A DNA stretch of 64,000 nucleotides from an uncultured bacterium (GTDB lineage: Bacteria > Acidobacteriota > HRBIN11 > JAKEFK01). Position 1 is the first letter of the stretch, and every line of letters begins with the position of its first letter. The stretch covers positions 224,001 through 288,000 of the forward strand of contig CAVZQN010000003.1 in assembly GCA_963777505.1 (NCBI GenBank). The letters run 5' to 3'. Of this stretch, positions 41,856-49,369 are shown one piece after another. The notes under the pieces were generated by a model. That model saw nothing but the letters and a program-made list of their open reading frames with translations. It ran no database searches and was not told the DNA's origin. A program made the position numbers and the translations under genes.

Positions 41856-42292
41856 GTTTTCATTGATCTCGACATCAGAACCGCACTCTCAGGACATAAC
41901 GAAGTAAATTCGTGAGTGGCGCGAATTACATTCGGCGCATCATTTCTTTCTACCAGCGTGAATCCAAACTTTGTAAAGAAAGCTTCAGCTGCAGTCGTCA
42001 GCAAATAAACTTGTTTGATCTGCCTGTCTTCCGCATAGTGAAGTATTTCATCTATTAAAATCTTTCCCAATCCGCGCTTCCGATATTTTTCATCGACAGC
42101 AAGTGATCGAAGTAAAGCTATATCTTCATAAACTTCCAATCCAACAACTCCAATCAGTTTATTTTCATCTTCAACGCAAAGAAAATGATCAATATGAGAT
42201 TCAATATCTGTGTATGGCAGATCAACAGATTTCAATAGCCGTTGAATTTCCTGAATATCGCTCGTTTTTGCAGAATGAAATTGACACGGCAT
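41852..42292 (-). CDS. arsN2: Arsenic resistance N-acetyltransferase ArsN2 (GNAT)
   Basis: LLRSLAV..R.RGLG, YLLTT.AE.FF and C-terminal EFTSLCPESA; downstream of arsM. Confidence 0.85.
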   Translation of the reverse strand: MPCQFHSAKTSDIQEIQRLLKSVDLPYTDIESHIDHFLCVEDENKLIGVVGLEVYEDIALLRSLAVDEKYRKRGLGKILIDEILHYAEDRQIKQVYLLTTAAEAFFTKFGFTLVERNDAPNVIRATHEFTSLCPESAVLMSRSMKT

Positions 42293-42304
42293 CTACACTT
42301 CCAA

Positions 42305-43102
42305 TCAGGGTTTCCGTGCGATTACACGGGCACTCCAGATTTTGCTAACAACTTTTTCCGCAAATGCATTTTTGTTAATTAAAGCTGCAACTTGATCTCG
42401 ATCATAGATATTTCTTTCTGTAACTTTAACATCTTCGAAACCTGCCTGTTTCAAAGCCTCAAGATATTCTGTCTCTGAAATTGCCCCTGCCACGCAAGAG
42501 GTATAGAGCGATGTATTTTCGCGAAGAACCTGTGGTAAAGATTCAACCATAATATCGCTGACTGCAAGCTGGCCGCCGCTCCGTAAAACGCGAAAGGCTT
42601 CCCTAAAAACTGCAGGTTTATTCGGAGACAGATTAATCACGCAATTTGAAATAATCCAATCGGCCACTTTATCTTGTAGCGGCATGTGTTCGGCTTCACC
42701 AAGTCTGAATTCAACGTTGTCAAATCCACCTTGACGCGCATTTGTGCGTGCCTTTTCAATCATGATAGGAGTCATGTCCAGACCGATGACTTTTCCGGTT
42801 GTTCCAACAATCTGGGCTGCCAGTAAGCAATCGATTCCGGCTCCGCTTCCTATATCAACAACAGTCTGCCCGGGCATTACGCCTGAGAAAGCTAACGGAT
42901 TTCCGCAGCCAAAACTGTTTTGAACAGCGTCCTTTGGAATGGATTGCAACTGATCCTGAGTATAACCGGCAGAACATGCTACTCTGTCAACAGGAATGAT
43001 TTGGCTCTCTTGAGTCTTAGAACCGCAGCAGCCTGAATCTGTTGAAACTGCTGCTGTATAACGATCGCGTACCATTGTTCTAATTTTCTCTTCAGATTCC
43101 AT
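42305..43102 (-). CDS. arsM: Arsenite S-adenosylmethionine methyltransferase
   Basis: GCCG, FGCGNP, DIGSGAGID, SNCVINL and SCVAGA motifs. ATG 43102 has a GGAG RBS. Confidence 0.93.
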   Translation of the reverse strand: MESEEKIRTMVRDRYTAAVSTDSGCCGSKTQESQIIPVDRVACSAGYTQDQLQSIPKDAVQNSFGCGNPLAFSGVMPGQTVVDIGSGAGIDCLLAAQIVGTTGKVIGLDMTPIMIEKARTNARQGGFDNVEFRLGEAEHMPLQDKVADWIISNCVINLSPNKPAVFREAFRVLRSGGQLAVSDIMVESLPQVLRENTSLYTSCVAGAISETEYLEALKQAGFEDVKVTERNIYDRDQVAALINKNAFAEKVVSKIWSARVIARKP

Positions 43103-43118
43103 TTTGCTCTCCTTCAAA

Positions 43119-43139
43119 TACTTGTATCATACAACTAAT
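43119..43139. promoter_or_regulatory. MarR operator copy upstream of arsM
   Basis: TACTTGTATCATACAACTAAT with core palindrome TTGTAT-C-ATACAA; near-identical copy at 43654. Confidence 0.75.
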
Positions 43140-43152
43140 TATCCAAAAAAAA

Positions 43153-43662
43153 CTAGGTTTGAACGTCAGGGCGTACGGATTTGGCCGGACGTTTTGCGAG
43201 TTTGATGCTGTCTACCGGAATCACTTTGCCCGAATCTGTCCCGCATTGTAAAGCGCGATTCAGCTGTCGGATAATTTGCGGTAAAAGTTTACGGACTTCG
43301 TCAGGGAAATCTTTTATCGCCTCTGCAAGGATTGTTGAAAAATCCTTTTCGATTCGTGCCATCAGTTTCTTGCCGGCCTCGGTCATGTCGATTTGTCTGA
43401 CGCGGCCGTCTTCGTTTCCGCGGGTTCTGTGAACGAGCTTTTTTCGTACAAGTTGATCCACCAGACGAGTGGTACTTGAAATATCCAGACCTAATTTGTC
43501 TGAAAGAGCGCTTGTACTATGAGCTCCTTCTTGAAGCGTCTGTAATGCGTAGCATTGCGACACTGTCAATCCGTAGCAACAAATCTCATCACGATTACGA
43601 AACTGATAGCGCCGTGCTAGTTCCGTCAGGGATCGATACAGTTCAACCGTATTTACTTGCAT
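43153..43662 (-). CDS. Cys-rich MarR-family regulator
   Basis: EICCYGLTVSQCY, DISSTTRLVDQLV and DGRV...T..G MarR wHTH motifs. Confidence 0.9.
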   Translation of the reverse strand: MQVNTVELYRSLTELARRYQFRNRDEICCYGLTVSQCYALQTLQEGAHSTSALSDKLGLDISSTTRLVDQLVRKKLVHRTRGNEDGRVRQIDMTEAGKKLMARIEKDFSTILAEAIKDFPDEVRKLLPQIIRQLNRALQCGTDSGKVIPVDSIKLAKRPAKSVRPDVQT

Positions 43663-43674
43663 GATACAACTAAT
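43654..43674. promoter_or_regulatory. MarR operator copy overlapping the marR start codon
   Basis: TACTTGCATGATACAACTAAT, 19 of 21 bases identical to the 43119 copy. Confidence 0.75.
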
Positions 43675-43725
43675 ATTAACAAAACGCGCAGATCAGTCAA
43701 GCCGCGCTCGCGGTACACTTAGAAC

Positions 43726-44469
43726 ATGAGCGAAGATACAGGAATTGGGGGATCCAGATCCCGTTTTCCTACAACGCGTCATTCGGCAATTGTTGCGGCG
43801 CGAAGTGATGACGCTCAGGAACGATCCAGAGCCCTGGAAGTAATTGTAGGCGCCTACTGGAAACCTGTTTACAAATACATTCGCATTCAATGGCGAAAAT
43901 CCAATGAAGATGCGAAAGATCTAACACAGAATTTTTTTACCCGGATTCTTGAAAAGGAAATTTTGCAAAATTTTGATCCAGCCAGAGCAAAATTCCGAAC
44001 GTATTTGCGGACATGTCTCGATGGATATCTTGCAAATGAGCATAAAGCGGCAGGCAGACAGAAACGCGGTGGTGATGCATTGATCCTTTCACTTGATTAT
44101 GAAAGTGCAGAAGGAGAATTGAAAAATGTTGATATTGCAGACCCTCAAAATACAGAAGAATATTTTGAGAAGGAATGGGTCCGAAGTTTTTTTGAGTATT
44201 GTCTTAAAGAATTAGAAAAAAATTTGGCAGGACGCGGCAAAATGGTTCACTTCCAACTCTTTGAGCGTTATCACATGGAAGGTGGTGATGATTTGACCTA
44301 TGAAACTCTGGCTCGAGAGTTTAAGTTATCACCAAGCAATGTCACAAATTATCTTGCTGCATCGCGCAGGGAGTTTCGAAAGATTATTTTAGAAAGGTTG
44401 AGGCAGCTCACTGTGACTGATGAAGAATATTCGCGTGAAGCAAGAATATTATTAGGGATCAAGGTGTAA
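43726..44469 (+). CDS. ECF sigma factor, Ser/Thr-kinase-associated type
   Basis: FPTTRHS, YWKPVYKYIR, DAKDLTQNFF and FDPARAKFRTYL motifs. Confidence 0.9.
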   Translation: MSEDTGIGGSRSRFPTTRHSAIVAARSDDAQERSRALEVIVGAYWKPVYKYIRIQWRKSNEDAKDLTQNFFTRILEKEILQNFDPARAKFRTYLRTCLDGYLANEHKAAGRQKRGGDALILSLDYESAEGELKNVDIADPQNTEEYFEKEWVRSFFEYCLKELEKNLAGRGKMVHFQLFERYHMEGGDDLTYETLAREFKLSPSNVTNYLAASRREFRKIILERLRQLTVTDEEYSREARILLGIKV

Positions 44470-44473
44470 TCGA

Positions 44474-45460
44474 TTGCTTTCAAAAGACGCGTTAAAACGG
44501 CTGCAAGCTGTCGTTGAAGAACCTGATCTGGAGGGGACACGCTATCGTGTGATCGAAAGAATCGGACAAGGAGGAATGGGTACAGTATTCCTTGCAGAGG
44601 ATTCTGAATTGCAGCGCAAAGTTGCGTTGAAGGTAATGAATCTTGTGGATTCCAGTGATGATCTCACTTCACGAATGTGGAAGGAAGCTCGAATCATTGC
44701 ACAGCTTGAACATCCTGGAATCGTGCCTGTGCACGATGTTGGTTCGCTTCCGGATGGAAGAATATTTTACGCGATGAAGTATGTGCAAGGCAGCCGTCTG
44801 GATCAACTTCCTAAAGGTAACAGGACACAGACCGAACTATTGCGTTTATTTGAAAAAATTTGCGAAGCTGTTGCATTTGCAAACGCGCATGGAGTTATAC
44901 ATCGTGATTTAAAGCCCGAAAACGTAATGGTAGGTCCTTTTGGTGAAGTGCTTGTGATGGATTGGGGTATAGCAAAGTTTTTACGGCAAACTGAGGACGG
45001 ATTATCCGGTGCGTTAAATTCTTTGCATCCGAAATCATCGGATACTGATCATGGCACGATTATTGGGACACGCGGATATATGTCTCCTGAGCAAGAACGT
45101 GGTGAGTCTGGTTCGTTGGATCAACGTACTGATGTTTATTCGTTGGGAGCAATTCTTTATTTTTTGTTAACTGCGGAGCATCCAACTTCTGGGAGCGTTC
45201 AAGTTTTACCTAAAATACCAAAGCGGCTCGCTGCAATATGCCGCAAAGCCATGGCTGTATCACCTGAAAATCGATACAAGACAGCGGATGAACTCGCATC
45301 CGATATCGCAAAATTTATTGATCATCAACCAGTTTCTGCATACCGCGAAAATCCGTTCGAACGCGCTGCTCGATGGATCGATAGAAACCGGTTTGTTGTG
45401 TATCTAATTGTCACGTATCTTCTGCTGCGTTTCCTCGTCCTTATCTTTCTAAACCGCTAA
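44474..45460 (+). CDS. Hanks-type Ser/Thr protein kinase with C-terminal TM helix
   Basis: GQGGMG.V, VALK, HRDLKPEN, DWG, YMSPE and DVYSLG motifs. Confidence 0.93.
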   Translation: MLSKDALKRLQAVVEEPDLEGTRYRVIERIGQGGMGTVFLAEDSELQRKVALKVMNLVDSSDDLTSRMWKEARIIAQLEHPGIVPVHDVGSLPDGRIFYAMKYVQGSRLDQLPKGNRTQTELLRLFEKICEAVAFANAHGVIHRDLKPENVMVGPFGEVLVMDWGIAKFLRQTEDGLSGALNSLHPKSSDTDHGTIIGTRGYMSPEQERGESGSLDQRTDVYSLGAILYFLLTAEHPTSGSVQVLPKIPKRLAAICRKAMAVSPENRYKTADELASDIAKFIDHQPVSAYRENPFERAARWIDRNRFVVYLIVTYLLLRFLVLIFLNR

Positions 45461-45508
45461 AGCTACTGGCCTGAAGAAAAAAGTTGTACGGAAGAATGGA
45501 GGTTCCGT

Positions 45509-46033
45509 ATGAGATGGATTTGTATTGTCATGACGTTTGTTTTTTCTCTTTCATTGTTCGCCGATGTGCCACCAGGTAAACAGATGACAGACCGTGAGAT
45601 AGATCACGAAGTTGTTGTGAACGCTCCCAAAGAAAAGGTCTTTGAACTCTGGATCTCAGAAGAAGGCATCAAGAAATTTTTCGGAGTGAAGGCAGAAATT
45701 GAAAACAAGGTTGGAGGTAAATACTATGTCTATTTCCATCCTGACGATCGCGGACTATCTTCAGAAGGAGTAAAGATCCTGCGTTATGAACCGTCTTCCT
45801 TTTTGAGTTTTGAATGGCGTGGTAAACCTGAAATGGTTGAAATGAATGTCGAGCCTTTTCCAACATGGGTCGAAATAGAATTTGAAACCGCAGGGAATAA
45901 TAAAACGAAAGTGAGCCTGCATCATTATGGTTTTGGCAAAGGTGGAACCTGGGATGAAGGATACGAATTTTTTGACAAGGCATGGAACCAGGTTCTGGAA
46001 AATCTTGCAGCAATTTTTACCGCAAAGACTTAA
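45509..46033 (+). CDS. Exported SRPBCC/AHSA1 domain protein
   Basis: VNAPKEKVFELW, LSFEW, TKVSLHH and W..VL..L motifs; N-terminal signal peptide. Confidence 0.85.
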   Translation: MRWICIVMTFVFSLSLFADVPPGKQMTDREIDHEVVVNAPKEKVFELWISEEGIKKFFGVKAEIENKVGGKYYVYFHPDDRGLSSEGVKILRYEPSSFLSFEWRGKPEMVEMNVEPFPTWVEIEFETAGNNKTKVSLHHYGFGKGGTWDEGYEFFDKAWNQVLENLAAIFTAKT

Positions 46034-46812
46034 AGCGGTTTGCCTAGAAGTTCGTCCAATCTTTGCCGATAGCGGCGGCTCAAAGTTAGAGTCGTTCCAT
46101 TGTGAAGAATGACTCGATAATCGCCGTGAAACCATGTCTGGAGCTGTTGAATGCGATCTACATTCACGATTGTCGATTTATGGATTCGTACGAACTTTCT
46201 AGGATCCAATTCATTTTCCAGTGTGTTCATTCCTTCACGAACCAGATGTTCCTCTTTGCCGGCGTGAATTGAAACGTATTTTCCCTGTGCTTCGATCCAA
46301 TCAATCTCTTCTGTCTTTAGAAAAAAGACACGGCCGCTTGCTTTAATTACGAGACGTTCAAGATATCGCGGTGGAGTCTTCATTTCTTCAAGAAGCGCAA
46401 AGATACCTTTGTTCAGTGTACGATTACGATCTTGTTCAATTTGTGCTTTGGCGCGTGTGAGTGCTTCTTCAAAACGTTCCGTATCAAACGGTTTGAGCAA
46501 ATAATCCAGTGCATGAACCTCGAAGGCTTGAATTGCATATCGATCATAAGCCGTGACGAAAATTACATGAGGCATATTTTCGTTTTGTAATGATTTCAGA
46601 ACTTCAAAACCATCCATGCCAGGCATTTGAATGTCCAAAAATACAAGATCAGGTGAAAGCTTTCGGATCGCCTCCGTTGCATGTTCGCCATTGTTGCAAA
46701 TTTTTACGATTTCAATGGAAGTATCATCTTTAAGAAGTCTTTGAATTCGTCTGCAAGCGATCGGCTCATCATCTACGATACAAACTCGAATTGTCTTTTC
46801 TTGAACCATCAT
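46030..46812 (-). CDS. LytTR-family response regulator
   Basis: IVDDE, FLDIQMP, DYLLKP and FVRIHKS motifs. ATG 46812 has a GGAG RBS. Confidence 0.95.
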   Translation of the reverse strand: MMVQEKTIRVCIVDDEPIACRRIQRLLKDDTSIEIVKICNNGEHATEAIRKLSPDLVFLDIQMPGMDGFEVLKSLQNENMPHVIFVTAYDRYAIQAFEVHALDYLLKPFDTERFEEALTRAKAQIEQDRNRTLNKGIFALLEEMKTPPRYLERLVIKASGRVFFLKTEEIDWIEAQGKYVSIHAGKEEHLVREGMNTLENELDPRKFVRIHKSTIVNVDRIQQLQTWFHGDYRVILHNGTTLTLSRRYRQRLDELLGKPL

Positions 46813-46822
46813 AGTTAAACTC

Positions 46823-49049
46823 CTATTGCATTCTGAGCAGACGTGTATCAACTGGAATTTCAACTGTCACGAGGAGGCCTCCTTCAGGCGCGTTTTCAAG
46901 GTGAAAACGATGTCCTTTTCCATACAATTGTTGAAGTCTTTCGCGCGTGTTGGAAAGTCCAAGACCTTTTTTCAAAGGCACTGTTTTTCGTTGATCATCC
47001 GTTAACCCGGGCCCATTATCATGAACTTGAACCTGAAGCACACCATTGTTCCGCTTAGCACAAATCTCAATCTTTCCAGGTGTTGTACGTGGTGCGATAC
47101 CATGACGGATTGCATTTTCAACAATCGGTTGAAGTAAGAGATTTGGTACAGCTACGGGTAATGTTTGAGGTTCAATATCCATATAAATGCTTAAACGATC
47201 CTGAAAACGTACATTTTCGATTGCAAGATAACACTTTAGAAACTCGAGTTCTTGTTCAAATGGGACTTCTTGTTGCTCAGAATTGTTTACGGTTAAACGC
47301 AGAAAATGTTCTAGGTGAGCCAGCATTTTTTCAGCTGCTTGAATGTCTTCCTGCATCAGTTCAGAAAGGGAATTCAGCGTATTAAACAAAAAGTGGGGAT
47401 GTAACTGCATCTTCAACGCTTGTAGTTGAGCGCGAGCAAGCTGGCTATTGAGTTTTGATGCGCGGATCTGGCTATATACATAATGGCGCCGGTAACGCGA
47501 GGCACTTCCTAATGCGACGATTGTCCAATAAATAAGGATGTCCAGTGAAAATTGTGTTTTTGCGAAAACCATTGAAATCGTCTCAAGGAATTTGCCTTCT
47601 TCAAATAGGCTGATCCAATGCAAGAGAGCAAATCCTAAAGTAGTGTAGAAATAGACCGCCAGATTTGTTAAGAGATGTACGAAACCATTTTTTAGGAAAA
47701 CCCCTTTCCGTAGCGGATATTTTTGAAGAATGTTTAAGATGAAAGGAGTTAACAAAGCCCAGATGTACCACGTGCTGGATTCAAACAGGAGCATAGCCCA
47801 GGGCACCGGCTTACCTTCCATTTTAAAAAACATTGAATTCATAAGAATGAAATAGAAAGCAACACCTGACCATGCAGCAACAATGATTCCCCATCGCCTC
47901 ACAGGATTGATTGGAGGATCTTTATATTCGCTGTGCTGTGTGGCTGATGCGTTTATAGCTTCAGTGCTTGGACTTTCATTCTCCGGTTGATTGTCGATTC
48001 TTAATAAGACTGAAGCTTTTGAGTCTTTTTCTTCAATAGAAAACTCCATATTCCGCGAGTGAGTTTGTGTGAAGCTTTTGAGGCTTGATTGCAGGGAATC
48101 GAGTTCACTTTTGTTGGACACTTTGAGAAGATCATGAATCTGAATTGTTAATAAATTTCCATGACGATCTGCCTCCACTACGATCTGATCTGAATTCTCA
48201 GCCTGTGTGCGGTTCCGTTTTAGCATTGCTTCAATCGGAGTTTGTATAATGCGATTCGGTACAAGCCAATCCAAACAGCCTGGAGAAATCTGATATTGAA
48301 TGGATAGCCGCACTCTTCTCGCGAAATTTTTCCAGCTCAGTTGTGCACTTCACGAAGTCGAGTTCTTTGCTAAGTGGAATTTCTCGATATTGTGCGTTAT
48401 CAAGAGTCATCCGCAAATAGTCACCTAATCGTGCGATAAGCCGATCAGCAGATCTTAAGTCACTGTGCATAAGTGTGGAGAGTGAATGCAAAATTCGAAA
48501 AAGGAATTTTGGCTCCAGTTGCATTTTTAATGCTTGAGCTTCAGCGCGCCATATTCGATCTTCAACCTGAATTGAATTGATCTCGTTTTCGCGAGCCCTG
48601 CGATAATAATCAAGCGCATAACATACAGCCAGAATTGCGTGATAGATCGCGAACCGCCAGAAGACATACCAGCCAAAATAATCACCTGACTTCTTAAGGA
48701 TGTCTGCAAATGTCCGTTCGGGATGGGGAAGCCAATGAACAATACCGATTAGGGTTGAAGCATGTAGAGTGGCGATTGTGAGGCCGGCCAACAGATGAAC
48801 AAAGATACTGCGATGCCAAGTTTTTGAATCATAGCGAAAACGTTTTGCAAGTATGAAGATCAATGGAAATAAAGCAGCCCAGAGATACCAGGATGTAAAT
48901 GCCCACAGAAGAGCTTCTTCCCAGTGATATTCCTCTGTACCATCTTGCGAAATATAACCCTGTCCAAAAAAGATCAAGGCAATCAATGTTGCTACTGTGA
49001 TTACGATGATCCATTCCCCGCGACGGGTTATTGATAGAGTGGTTTTCAT
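46823..49049 (-). CDS. Tandem-duplicated LytS-type sensor kinase, N-terminal half degenerate (apparent +1 frameshift near 48314)
   Basis: The first unit has TMs and ALKMQLEPKFLFRILHS; the second has TMs, ALKMQLHPHFLFNTLNS, LQPIVENAIRHG and GLGLSN. Dropping one base joins ELEKFREK to VRLSIQY, colinear with AIENVRFQDRLSIYM. Confidence 0.85.
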
Positions 49050-49140
49050 TGTTGACTAATATCGCATTACATAGTGTCTGGAGCAACTACTCAATGGAAC
49101 GACAGGGATTCGAGTCACCCCGAGCGGGAATTTAAGAAAT

Positions 49141-49171
49141 AAAAAAGTGGGGCAGTTTTTCACCGCCCCAC
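49141..49171 (-). terminator. Intrinsic terminator
   Basis: Minus strand GTGGGGCGGTG-AAAA-ACTGCCCCAC-TTTTTT. Confidence 0.75.
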
Positions 49172-49189
49172 AGCTACTCTTTTACGGGG

Positions 49190-49256
49190 GAGCCATGAGC
49201 GACTCCTGAGTTTGGCCGCCGTCACGCAGTCCAAACTCAAGTGCGGCTCGCGACCC
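49190..49256 (-). ncRNA. Candidate structured RNA (long G-U-containing hairpin)
   Basis: Perfect inner stem TGAGTTTGG/CCAAACTCA. The outer stem GGGTCGCGAGC/GCTCATGGCTC closes with G-U pairs only on the minus strand. Confidence 0.4.
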
Positions 49257-49328
49257 ATTTTTTCAACGCCGAGTACCCCGAGAGGAAAATAAAAAAAATA
49301 CTCGGCGCCCTCGGCGTTAAAAAAGATT

Positions 49329-49359
49329 TTGGAGGGCCATCATAATCGTGACCCTCCAA
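49329..49359 (-). terminator. Hairpin after the TonB-dependent receptor stop
   Basis: TTGGAGGG..CCCTCCAA inverted repeat, with a T-run shortly after on the minus strand. Confidence 0.55.
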
Positions 49360-49369
49360 TTTCAAAAAA

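Noticed and set aside
49190-49256. SRP RNA, tRNA or known riboswitch
   Set aside because: It lacks the SRP helix-8 motif, a cloverleaf and the riboswitch consensus elements I know; kept only as an unassigned structured RNA.
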